The notes beneath the pieces are model-generated. The model saw nothing but the letters and a program-made list of their open reading frames with translations, was not told where the DNA came from and did not search any database. Made by a program: the position numbers and the translations under genes. Positions 51,735 to 64,000 of a stretch of DNA of 64,000 nucleotides are shown here, piece by piece; the first letter of the stretch is position 1; every line of letters begins with the position of its first letter. Source of the DNA: Cycas panzhihuaensis (taxonomy: Eukaryota > Plantae > Cycadophyta); the NCBI GenBank assembly GCA_023213395.1, contig CM041465.1:62317741-62381740 (forward strand), in the 5' to 3' direction.

Positions 51735-53720
51735 ATATCTAAGGCCTAATCACTATGGCTAAATTAAAATAGAGAGGCCATGGTGGATAAACAAAAAGTA
51801 GTGCATATAATGTTGGCACTATTGTTACATCCACGATTGGAGCCTTTGACTAACAATTATATGATAATATAGAGGTTAAACCTTCTTTGAGCGTAGTAAA
51901 GGGAAGGCACATCCTATAGTTTTACTCTTAGTACCGAAGGGAGAGACACCATAGATATCTCTTTTTAATCACATAGTTTTATAGTGCCCTCTTTAATCAT
52001 AAGATTGAAGAATCTAGTTCATCCTCTTTAATCACAGAATCTTTATAGGGACCCTTCTTTCATTATATTTTATAGAAAAATATCACACAATAGGATTTTC
52101 CACTAGAGTGTTCACTTTCCTATCTTATAGTGGCTTAATCTTCTTTTCTTCATGGTGTTCTCTTACTATTATTAGCTTAATGTTATTATAGTTAGATCAA
52201 AGTAGAGATCTAATTAAAGTGCCCTTGACCTAAAGACACATACCTTTCCTAAGTGTAGCAAAAGGAAGGTTATCCATTTCCTGATTATAGTAAAGGGAAG
52301 GACAAGATCTTGCTCTTTTTAGCTTGGTATTATTATAGTCAAATCAAAGTAGAGATCTAATTAAAGTTCCCTTGACTTGAAGGCACATGCCTTTCCTAAG
52401 TGTAGCAAAAGGAAGGTTATCCATTTCCTTAGTGTAGTAAAGGGAAGGACAAGATCTTGCTCTTTTTAGCTTGATATTATTATAGTCAAATCAAAGTAGA
52501 GATCTAATTAGAGTGTCTTCAAACTTTGTTTAGAGGATTTCACACTACAATGTGATCTTACTTTTATTAGCTTAATGTTTCTTTTTAGATAGTGAATAGT
52601 GTTCCCTCTCTTTTCTTAGCTTAATTTTTTTAGTATGAGATCTTGTTTTTTATAATGCATAATGTTCTCTCTTCCTTAATAGCCTTCAATATTCTGTGAA
52701 ACTTAAAGCTAGAAAAAAAATGAGAGCACACTATTTATTTCTTCCTAAAAAGGTTTAAGAAGGTTATTCCTTTCCTGAGCATAGCAAAGTGAAGGAATTA
52801 GAGTAATTCAAAAAGTGTTTGAGAAACATTAAGCTAAGAAAAGTAAGATCACATCTTCCCATCCATTCTCTATGCCCAAGGAAAGGATAACCTTCCCTTT
52901 GCTATGCTAAATAAAGGGATGTGCCTTCTTAATAAGGGTCAATATTAAGAGGGCACTATAATTACATCTCTACTTTGATTTAACTATAACAACATCAAGT
53001 TAAAAATAACAAGATCATACTTAATAATCAAGAGTACTCTAATTAGATCTCTATATTAATCTAACTATAATAACATCGAGCTAAAAGGAGTAAGATTACA
53101 CTCTACTGGTTAGCTAAAACTCTTTTTTAAAAATTAGACCCTTTTCTTCACTACACTCAAGAATGGGATAATCTTCTCTTTGTTACACTCAAGAAAGGGA
53201 TAATCTTCTCTTTGTTACACTCAAGAAAGGGATAACCTTCCCTTCGCTATGCAAGGTAAAGGGCGTACCATACACTATAGATGGGGGATGGCCACTGCTA
53301 GATCTCTGTTGTAGTAATTAGGATTAGGGCTTGATCACTATGGGTATTCATATATTCACATATGATAGGATCAAGGGTCCAATCGCTATTAAATATTCTT
53401 AGTATTGATTAAGATATGAACTAGTTATAAAGATGAGACATATATTAGAATCAAGGCCTAATCACTATCACTATGGCTATTGAATCTTTTTTTCTTAGAA
53501 TGAAGAGCCTAATCACTATGGCTAAATCAAGATAAAAGTAATCTATACCATAGGGTCTATAATCGAGATCTAGCACTAATCACATCCCTATGAATTATGA
53601 TCTTCCCTATCCAATAGAATCAGGGCTAGATCACTATCGTTGTTAAATATTCATATGGATTAGAATTAAGGATCTAGTCACTAATTCATAGTTACTATGG
53701 CATTTAAGTCCAAGTTGGTT
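51735..53720. repeat. Foldback/147-bp repeat element, copy 2 (one fewer 147-bp unit)
   Basis: Matches 20020-22050. Confidence 0.8.
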
Positions 53721-53909
53721 AGAAAGATCAAGCACTAAATAATTTGACTATACACAAATATAATAAAGTGTATGACAAGTGTAGATGTATAAAATAAACT
53801 AATAACAAGGATTCCTACCTCCACATCAAAGGACTATACTCTTGACCTCTAGAATTTATACCTTGATAAAAGGGGCCTTTAGCCTATGTTATATTATTAG
53901 CTTTAGATA

Positions 53910-54370
53910 TGCAATAATTTGGTTGCAAATCATGAAAGTATAAATCTGCTTGTGGTATATACAATTATTTATGATCTCAACCATAAATCCTTGAATACAT
54001 TAGTTTCAATAATGATGTTAATGCTTATCTTTATACCATTGATTAGTGGATGAAACTAGTTAATTACAAAATAAAAACTTTGTTATAAGACACATTAAGA
54101 TGTGTTCATAATGAAACAAACTTGATGCAGTAGAAGTTGTTCACATTGAAATTAATATCATTGGTGATCAACCACCTCTTATGAGGACATTACTCCTTAA
54201 TGACAATCAAGCTTGCATCACTTTCATAACTATATTAGACATCCCACAATCCAACACTATCAAATTATAGAGACTCTTATGCAAGAAAGAGGCTGTCATT
54301 CTTATTGACCCGATAAGCACTCATAACTTTATAAACACTAAGGGTGCAAATCGATTGGGCCTTTTCATTG
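53910..54370 (+). pseudogene. Gypsy protease remnant, copy 2
   Basis: Matches 22230-22690. Confidence 0.7.
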
Positions 54371-55480
54371 AAATTCTCTTAATAAGTTTACTAATACTAG
54401 AAATAATAAATATTGACAAGGAATCATACACTCAATCTTAGTACTTTAGGAACCAGAACACATGATAGTAAGGAATATAAAAAAGTGTTAACAAATTATG
54501 AATTCAATAGATATTAGAACAAGAGAATATATTATAGTGTAAATACAAATAAAATAATAAATATAATCAACCTCAAATGAAATTATTCTCCATAGGAATA
54601 CAACATGATTAAGCATAAAAAGGAAAGTAATTTCACAAAGTCCCCTCAAACTACCTCTATCATTGTCATATTTGGAGGATCACACACATAAACTCTAAAG
54701 ATAAAAGGGTACATATAGAAAGTAATATTCATCATTTTAATTGACTCCAAATGTACCCAAAATTTTCATTAACAAATGTAAGATCAAGTTAGTAAGAAGA
54801 ATTGAAATAAACACAAAAATCATATTTCAAGTTGTGGCAGCAAATATAGGATCTATTAAATACAAAAATAAATGTCTAATGCATGAATTTCTACAAGATA
54901 TTATAGCATTCGAATTAAATTTTCTGTAATTCCTTTTAGATAAACAACTTTTAGTGTTTGGTTGAGAATGGGAAAGATTGTTAAAACCTTAACTCTAAAT
55001 CTGGAAAATATACATATAAGATTTAGGAAATAAGGGAAAATCCACCAACTATAAGGACTTAGCCCATTGCCCACATGTTTGATATTGTTTGTCTAAATGA
55101 AAAATATGTGAAACAAGGTATTGTTTGATATATGCCAAATATTGTGCCACAGAAATAATCCACAAAAACTAGACAACCACAAAGAAATACAAATTGCAAT
55201 GAATAAATAAGATGAGGGATGAGGCATTCTATGAATTGCTAGTAAGATTACTATAAATAGAGCGGCATAACATATCATTGAGTTGGAAGTTGGGATGATA
55301 GCCATCAATATTAAACCATATCAAAATTTGCATTGATATAAGATGAGAAGAAAGTAATTGGGATGCTAGTTAATAAACACCATTCTAATCAGTGAAGGCA
55401 ACTATCCATATGCTACATTGGACATATTATGCTACATTGGACATATGCTACATTGGACATATTAGACATATTAGCCTTAA

Positions 55481-56059
55481 TGCTACGCCTGCTATGGTAA
55501 ACTTGGAAAGGGTCCCACAACCGCTTCTGCATATCGAAAAAATACATTCCATCCATATATCTACAATCGAAACACAGATAGAATATACCGTTACAAACTG
55601 TGGATTTATTGAAATACTGCCACTGCCGTGGATTTGTTGGAACGTCGAAGAGATATCGAACGTTCGAAGAGATATTTATTGAAATACTGCCACTGCCGTG
55701 GAGAGGGATATCGAACGAGTATACCACCTATTGGAAGTGGAATGTTCAAAGAGATATTTATTGAAATACTGCCACTGCCGTGGAGAGGGATATCGAACGA
55801 GTATACCACCTATTGGAAGTGGAATCGTATATCCAGAATGCTTGATTCCCTAATTCAAGAAATGTAAGCAATGTTGGATTTGGCGAATGTCCACACACAC
55901 TCTGTAAATGCCTCGTGAAGAGAAACTCTTTTGATAAAATAATTTCTTTCCATTTCTTACACACTGCTTGAAATCTTACCAATGACCGAACGGGTAGAAG
56001 GCTCAAAGAATATTTCCACCAAATCTCCCAAGAACATCACTACACATCGCCGCATCCAT
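55481..56059 (-). pseudogene. F-box protein gene fragment (frameshifted, internally duplicated, 3'-truncated)
   Basis: From ATG at 56059: 'MDAAMCSDVL/GDLVEIF/LSLLPVRSLVRFQAVCKKWKEIILSKEF' is a canonical F-box motif with two frameshifts. Later 'STVCNGIFYLCF..MYFFDMQKRLW' resembles an FBA/kelch-type blade. Confidence 0.85.
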
Positions 56060-56949
56060 CGGTGGAACCACAAAGATCCATATCGCCAATGGCCTCGCAA
56101 ACACAATTTTGACCTAAGACTGCTATAATCGGATATGGCACTTGGCAATTAACGCAATTTATTCTATAATAAATAGGTCTGGATTTTCAACATTTGAGTA
56201 TATCTTAAATTATGGCCCGACTTTCTATCATACCGTCGTACCATGGGGTCAACTCACATTTTGGCGCACGGTCGTAACATTTATTGCATAAAGAAAATCA
56301 CCGATGGTCAGGTACTTTGAGAAAAATCATGCAAAATTTCCAGCGAAAGCTCGAACTAAATATTCCAATTTCAACAAACATAGTCCAAGATAAATTTGAT
56401 TATGAAATTTTCCTTCCGGAACAAAAGTGCAACATGCCACATACACTCTATTGAGATTTTATCAATCGATTTAAATGCATTCCATACCACTAAAGAGTCT
56501 TCACAAAAGTGAACTCAGGCCAAGCCTCTTAGTGAGGAGATTACCCTCTACATTAGATAAAAACTATTAGTCCATAAGTTGTATTATCTTAACAATCTAA
56601 ATCCTTAATCAAAGTTATGAAAGCTTAAACATTTTATGGCGAAATTTGCCCCTTATTTACAATCTCTGTAAGGTATAATTTTGAATAAGGACAAAATAAA
56701 GGTCTCATACTTCTACTCCTCTTTACCACATCTTCAATTAGCCAATATCTCCTCTACTACCATTAAAGACCCTCAATTGCGTCGAAAATATGCATGGATA
56801 CTCATTCTCTATGATGCACAATTTCACCGACAATTATTTCATTGTTGAAGTTGGTAGACTCAATCTTCTAGATCTCTGAGAGTGTAAAAGTTTTGTTACA
56901 GAATTCTAATCTATCACTAGGTCAATCTAAGGATCAAACGATTTCATAT

Positions 56950-57925
56950 CTCATCATAAATTAATTATCTAATACATGTTGTCTATTTGAATAGTGCTTT
57001 CTCTTGACTCACTCAACTAATGCAATCTCGGCCCCTTCAAAACCTTTGTATTTGATGTGTGAAGCCTTTTCCTATGGAGAAAGAGTTCACAAAAGAAAAG
57101 AGCAACACATATTTGGTCTACATAAGAGATTAAGATTAACAAAGTACTCTTAGAGTTGCTAAACAAATGATAACATCTTCCCCTTGATCTTTTAATAAAA
57201 TGGTCATTAAGAAATATATATTCTTTGGCCTTAGGCTCAAGCGAATAGAATTTATAAATGCACTCAATCTTATCCATAAGATGTTTTATTTCTAATGAGT
57301 TCATAAGAATAGACCCTTATTTATTGCATGGGCAATTTCAATCCATGTGACATATGAAGAGGAATATACCCAAGTGGAACAATGTTGTCATGAAAAGATA
57401 TAGTTAGATCTAGTAGTTGGGGATGTCCAAGTGATCTGAAAGAATGCCAGATAAATCTATTATGTGACATCTTTGTTAATCTCTCTCTTTGAAAGATTGA
57501 AATTTAAGTTACCAAGGGAGATTCACACAAGAGAAAGTTTATTGATAAAAATATTTAACAGTCTATAATAAATTACAAAGTTCAACATACCACCCTATCG
57601 ATCCATTATTAAGATTGGATTGAGCTATGCCATGTGAAGAGTGAAGTGAAAAACATGTACATCTTCTTCTCCCTATGGAAAAATATCCCATACATATGAC
57701 CCTATGTATATCAGTGACAATACCAAAGATGGATGTTATCATAAGATGGTGCACCCTAATCTTTTCTTATGTAATAGAATGAGGAATAATAATTTTACCT
57801 TATATGTTCCTAGACATCATAATGTCTTGCACTTTTTTAATGTACATCAAATCTATTAAGGATAAACTAACCACATACCTTAGCACTAATAAGGACATAT
57901 AGGATTGGTCAAAGTATTAAAAACC
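56950..57925 (+). repeat. Dispersed ~1-kb repeat (matches 62145-63120), possibly a very old LINE ORF2 3' fragment
   Basis: Collinear diverged copy. 'SLFLWRKSSQKKRATHIW' and 'LIKW' resemble L1 post-RT motifs. Confidence 0.6.
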
Positions 57926-58379
57926 ATTGTTTCCATACATATGCTCTCAAGATACATATGGAAACACTCTCTCCAAGAGAAAGCATGAAGCATACACTTT
58001 ACAAAGTCTAGTTTATCATGATGGTTATATATTAAAGATGAGACAAGTGAACTATATCCCTAGGTCTATGTTACTTGAAACTCTAATTTCCTTAATGAGT
58101 CCAAATTTTTGAAACTTAAAAATTTAGAAATACCTTAAAAACTTTGACAAAAGCTCTATAGGAAAAAAATCGGATCTTTTTATTTCCTAGAAATATACCC
58201 TTGATATGTTAAGCTAGAAAGTATGCTTTTAGTCATGTTTCTAATTGAAATTTTCCATGTGTATGGTTTACATAGAAGGAGACCCTCTTCTAATAAACAC
58301 CCTTACTAAAAAGTATTAAAGTAACATATAAATTTTAAAAGACTAATAAAATTAATTATTAAAATTATTACTCTATACA

Positions 58380-59350
58380 ATTAGATCCTTGGTTTTAATC
58401 AATTCAATAAGAGGCACACTGATAGTGATCAAGCCTTGATCCTGATTACTACAATAAAGATCTAGCAGTGGCTATGCCTCACCTATAGGATTATCCATTT
58501 ACTTCACATAAGGAATGGAAGGATATCCCATAGTTATACACTGTGTAGAAAAAGGGAGGTTATCCATTTCTTAAGTGTAGTGAAGGGAAGGGCATCCCAA
58601 CATTAGTCCCAACATTAGTCCCAACATTAGTCCCAACATTTAGCTTGAAGTAATGAACATTAGTCCCAACATTTAGCTTGATGTTGTTATAGTCAAATCA
58701 TAGTAGAGATCCAATTAAAGTACTCTTGGCCTTTTAAGTCAAGATTTCACACTATAGTATGATCTTTCTCTTTTTAGCTCAATGGTTCTATAGTTAGATT
58801 AAAGTAGAGATCTAATTAGAGTGCCTTTAGCCCTAGAGGTTAACCCTTTCCTGAGTATAACAAAGGAAAGGTTATCCCTTTCTTGAGCATAGTGAAGGGA
58901 AGGATGGGTGTAATCTTTCTTTTCTTAGCTTAATGTTTCTTTTTAGATAGTGTATGGTGTTCTCTCTTATTTTTTAGGTTAAAGTTTTTTCAATAGTATG
59001 AAAATTTCCTTTATAGTGCATGAATCTTTTAGTATTTTTTATAGTGCATAGTGTTCTCTCTTATTCAATAGCCTGAAAGAGTTTTTTAAGGCAGCTCGCT
59101 CCTTCCCTTCACTACACTTAAGAAAGGGTTACTATTCTAAGGACTCATTGAAACTTTTTCAATATGCTTCTAACCTAGCATCTAGTGAGGGAAACAAATA
59201 ATATAGAATGATAAACTAGAGAGTAGCACTGTGTGGCAAACTAAAAAAAACAATGATTAATGAGATCTACTAGATTTATATTCTTACCTAATTCAAAAGA
59301 ATCAAGGATCTAATCATATATCATAGTATTCCTTATAATGTAGGATATAA
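58380..59350. repeat. Another member of the foldback/147-bp repeat family
   Basis: 58415-58500 is the reverse complement of 21720-21790, followed by 32-bp subrepeats and 147-bp-family units (the latter also at 38400-38870). Confidence 0.7.
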
Positions 59351-60743
59351 TTCATTTATTATTTGGTTTGAAAGAATCTAAGTTTGAATGTGGTGTTTCT
59401 TTCTATTTCAAAACATAAAATGGAGTCAAGTCACATCTGAGTTATTGACAGAGTTGTTTATTCTACATTTCTAGGTGCCCCCCTTACTTGATTAGTAATA
59501 GATACTGTTCTCCTAGAGAAGAATTTATAAACTATGGCATGGTTTAGTTTTAGCAACAAATCTATGATATATTTTCATAGCAAAGACGAAGTCTATTTGG
59601 GGGGTTGGCTGTGTATTTAGTGAAATCTATTTGAGTACTATGAACTATTTGCTTCTTGGTTGGACAAATAACATCATCTATAAGCCACCTCACCACCACC
59701 TCTGGAATAAACAAAGAAATGAGTGAATAGATGTTGGTGAAGAATACAACCATCCAGGTTGGGTAAACCTCATACTATATGTTATTCATTCTAAAAAGAA
59801 AAGGATCAAGCAAATTGTATTCTTTCTTTATAGTGGCATATGTCTTTGTTTGGACAAGATAGAGAGACGGAAATAATAGGACTAGATTTGGGTCTATAAC
59901 GAGAGCTCCCTCAACAGAGGGGCTTTGACTTCAAAATTACTAAAGAATGGGTGACCAGTAATGAAATCAATGACTCCCCCGCTGTGCATGTAAAAAACTA
60001 ACCTTTTAAATACTGAATGGAATGAGTGGTTGGCTCTTGGGAGCCAAAATATCAATCTTCATCATATATATTACACCTATGAAATATTTACAATACATGA
60101 TAATGAGATGGTAGTATCATAATTTAGGCTAACAATCCTCTCTCTTGTTGGCTCTTAAATAGTAGTAGAGTCTCTCTTTCAATGCTATGTCCCTCTAATA
60201 ATGAAGCCTTGACTAAGAACCAAAAGGATGGACATAGATGACACTATCTTACCAAAACAATGGTGATGAATAATCATGTTTGTTGTGGTTCTTAGTTCAT
60301 ATTGATAGCATTTTATAGGCTCTATCTATGATATGGGAGAATTCAAAGGTCGATCATATTAAAATTGACCATGTTGCCCCCTATATTAAAGGGTCAAAAT
60401 GAGATTTCATATGCCCCAAAACAACACAAAGGATCAAAGAACAAGATAAACAAAGGTGGCTCATTCGAGGATGAAAGATCCACCTCTCTAAATTCCTTTC
60501 AAGTCTATGAAAATAGTGAGCTGATCATAGAGTTATTGGATAATGTAAATCCCCCCTATTCAATAAAGAAATGAATAAATGGATGAGCTAAGATCCTCAC
60601 TAGGAGAGAGAGACCTTAGCCGTCATATATAAAATATATAGCTTCCCCCCTATATCTAGAAAATCAAAGAGTTTGTAGGTTACCTTTTATAAATATATAG
60701 GGTTTACCACTAGGCCTTATTATTCTTCAAATATATAAGAGTT
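58650..60743 (+). repeat. Segmental duplication block B, copy 2
   Basis: Matches 38389-40487 and continues into unduplicated sequence after ...AAGAGTT at 60743. Confidence 0.97.
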
Positions 60744-62144
60744 CCAAAGTACCCCTCTTATTAGAATCTTCATGACTCCCTAGATAAATAAGAGTAAGAT
60801 CGTTAGCTCCCGATAAAAAAGGAGTAGTGTTACTCACCTTTCCATCCCCCTGTGGATAGGGATTATGAAAAGAAGTTATAGTTTGATGGTTAGAGCATAT
60901 GTGAAAACCTAAGATGTTGACCCCATTCCAATAGAGATAGTTGGTAGTGGATATTTCAATATTAATAGGCTCAATAGTTATTAGATCTAATTATATCTCT
61001 TTTAAACTATTTATAAACATTTTCATATTTTCTCTAATTAGGTTCCTCTTTGCCTTTCATCATTAGGTCTATTCATTGGCAAGTTTATTTTTGCTCTTCA
61101 TCATTTTGATTTTAAGCATAGAAAGAGTGAGAATACTTCAATTTAGGTTGATAAGCCCTTAGCTAAGCATTGATCTATCATGAAATCCATGTATTTATGT
61201 TTGTGACTTTGTGATAAGTTATCAAGAAATCTTGACCTATCTCTTTAAGGAGATAGAAGTTATGATCTTGTTCATTCCTATGAAGACCAATGTTCAGTCA
61301 TGAGACTGACCTCGCTTATTATAGCCAGTGTTGTTCCTATTAATTAATATGGGAATCCCCATAAATGAGAGAATCTTCATCACCCCGTTCAATGAGAAAG
61401 ATGTAGTAAGGTTCCTAGAGATTATGTATCTTATAGTTAGAAGTAGAGAATAGGCTTATACTTTTAAGGGATTATAACGAAAAGTAGGCAACTTCTACCC
61501 CTCCTTACCACCATTGAGCTCCGAACCTGGGCAAACATTTATGAAGGATTCCTAGGCCAAGGTTGTTACTTAATTTTGATTGACTTTGAGTGAGATCCTT
61601 TCCCTTTTCCTCCATTGAATTAATCTTTTCTCTTGAATAATCGTGTAACCATTATTTAGAAGAGTATTTGTTCATTAGAAAGGGAAAATTAGCAAAGATG
61701 GCAAGCACCCATAATAGTTTATGGTGGCACCTAACATTAGTTATAGTTGATGGAAAAGGTGGGGAAGCCTGCTAATAAACTGTTGCTAAATTAATTCCTG
61801 CTAACTAACTTGATGAACCACCTAGATCCCATGATTCATAATATAACATGATTTCACCATGTTTTGTTGTTTTTATACCTTAGAGATTATGAAGCATTGA
61901 TAGGCCTTAGAAGGACACTTGATTAAGAACTAAGTAATAGCATGCTTCTAGCTTATAGAAGGGTTTCTCCAAAAAGAATCTTTATGTTCATGTGAAGTTT
62001 TGAATCCCTCTATAATGGTGAGCTTTCCTCCTCACTTATATTATCTCTTTACCTTCTAATCTTTTTTCCACAAATCTTCTTTATCCTTAAATATGTATCT
62101 CAATGGATATGTCTCACTTCAAGTGTTTATTTGAATTAATGCTT

Positions 62145-63120
62145 CTCTCATCATAAATTAATTATCTAATACATATGGTCTATTTGAATAGTGCTCTATC
62201 CTGACTCACTCAACTGATGTAATCTTGGCCCCTTCGAAACCTTTGTATTTAAGGTGTGAAGCTTTTTCATATGGAGAAAGAGTTCACGAAAGAAAAGAGT
62301 AATACATATTTGGTCTACATAAGATATTAAGATTAACAAAGGACTCTTAGAGTTGATAAACAAATGATAATATCTACCCCTTGATCTTCTATTAAAATGG
62401 TCATTAAACTATATATATTCTTTGGTCTTAGGCTCAAATGAATAGAATCTATAAATGCACTTAATCTTAGCCACAAGATAATTCATTTCTAATGATTTCA
62501 TAGGAATAGACCCTAATTTATTGCATCGAAATTTTCAATCCATGTGACATATGAAGAGGAATATACCTAAGTGGAGCAATATTGTCATCAAAAGATATAG
62601 TTAAATCCACTAGTTGGGGATGTCCAAGTGATCTGAAAGAATTCCAGATAAATCTATTATGTGACATCTTTTTTAATCTCTCTATTTGAAAGATTAAAAT
62701 TTAAGTTATCAAGGGAGATTCACACATGAAAAAATTTATTAATAAAAATATTTACTAATCTATAATAAATTATAAATTTCACCATACCACCATATACATC
62801 CATTATTGAGATTGGCTTGAGCTATGCCATGTTCAGAGTGAAGGGTAAAACATGGAGATCTTCTTCTCCCTATGTAAAAATATGCCATACATATAACCTT
62901 ATGCATATCGGTGGCAATCCCTAAGATGGATGCTCTTATAAGATGGTGCATCCTAATCTTTTCTCATATAATAGAATGAGGAATAATAATTTTACATTAG
63001 ATGTTCCTAGACATCATAATAGTTTGCACTTTTTTAATTTGGATCCAATCTGCTAAGTATAAACTAACCACATACCTTAGCACTAATAAGGACGTATAAG
63101 CTTAGTCAAAGTATTAAAAA
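62145..63120 (+). repeat. Second copy of the ~1-kb putative LINE relic, interrupted by a copia insertion at ~63121
   Basis: Homology to 56950-57925 stops at the copia LTR end. Confidence 0.6.
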
Positions 63121-63121
63121 T

Positions 63122-64000
63122 TGTAGAAAAGTGGGCACATGCACAATGTCATCAGAAGATCTCATAATAAGTAAATATAGGCAACAACATGACACTGCAC
63201 ATATACACCAGATTGATAGGTAGAAAACCCCTTCTAGGGAAGAAAAACCACCTCTTAAAGTTGTAATTTTATTAAGAAAAGTGAGAAATAGAAAACCATT
63301 TACAGAAACCACCTAACCATCAAAGTAGCCTTGTAAAAGGCATTTAGACAGCCTTCATAGATTCTCTGAACCATCTCCTTAAATCTAATAAAAGAATTTA
63401 TATTAAGAAAGGTTAATTGAAATACAGATATGCATTTTAACCACCTTCCACATAAGATACTTAATAAACACTAAGGTTAAACATTATAATAACTTAAATA
63501 TAAATTTAGACATGTGACATAAATAAGAACTTATAAAGAATATAAAAGTTACATTAATATTCCTAACATCCCCCTTTAATGTAAACTTTTATACTGTAGA
63601 AAAAGAAGGTCTTCATCACAGTAATTCCCCTTTAACAGAACTTCTTTTATCTGCAATAGATCTCAAAGATTTAGAAGCTTTACTCAGTTAAAGACTTTGT
63701 AAGTATATAAGTAATCTGCAGATTTGTTGGACAATAAGACAAGGAAACAAGATTTCGAATAAAATGCTGATGTAATTCTATATGTTTAATCCTAGAATGG
63801 GAAACTAGATTAGTAGCAATAGCAATTGCACCTTGGTTATCAACTTTAAGTTCAATGGAAGAGTTTAGAGATAGACCAATTTCATTTAGTAGAGATTTGA
63901 GCCAAAGTGCTTCTTTGCTAGCTTCAACAAGTGTGCGATATTTATCTTCGGTCATTGATAAAGCTAATGCCTGCATTTTCGTACTAGACCAAGTAATAGG
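63122..64000 (-). mobile_element. 3' end of a Ty1/copia element (RNase H, PPT, 3' LTR), related to the 29875-36806 family
   Basis: ORF 63680-63976 'VDNQGAIAIATN..SRIKHIELHQHFIR'. PPT AAAGGGGGA then TGTTAG at 63568; LTR 63568->63122 shares the motif GAGGTGGTTTTT..GGGGTTTTC with 36687-36720. Confidence 0.92.

Larger units (their letters stand above)
40488..55480 (+). repeat. Segmental duplication block A, copy 2
   Basis: Begins abruptly inside Tat pol at ACTATTTTGAGTGAC, matching 9389. Confidence 0.97.

Noticed and set aside
55093-55308. Hydrophobic 71-aa ORF resembling a membrane protein or an F-box C-terminus
   Set aside because: Explained by T-rich composition. The duplicate at ~23410-23630 has a stop, and it lies across the seam from the F-box fragment.
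60744-62145. Faint LINE endonuclease/RT-like traces
   Set aside because: Too degenerate to support without an HMM search.

Overview
AT-rich, strongly CpG-depleted plant nuclear DNA, probably from a large-genome lineage such as a gymnosperm (inferred from element types and ages). It consists almost entirely of decayed, nested retrotransposons, and I see no intact host gene. In order: (1) a minus-strand Ty3/gypsy pol remnant (1-3340); (2) a very large Tat-type Ty3/gypsy element (~3420-19945) with ~3.2 kb LTRs, an Arg-type PBS and gag-PR-RT-RH-INT, plus a 3' region holding an antisense, intron-containing Plant Mobile Domain (PMD) gene head-to-head with a separate archaeal-type RNase H ORF and a nested copia fragment; (3) a foldback repeat with 147-bp and 32-bp tandem units; (4) a young 5'-truncated L1 LINE with a 17-bp TSD beside a 600-bp (TA)n tract; (5) a complete but ancient copia element (392-bp LTRs, ~84% identical, AACTC TSD); (6) an F-box pseudogene fragment; (7) the 3' end of a second copia at the window end. 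The dominant structure is a tandem segmental duplication (9389-40487 / 40488-60743). The second unit has a 3.1-kb F-box-bearing block in place of a 14.6-kb block, with templated micro-duplications at both seams. All identities and translations were done by eye.
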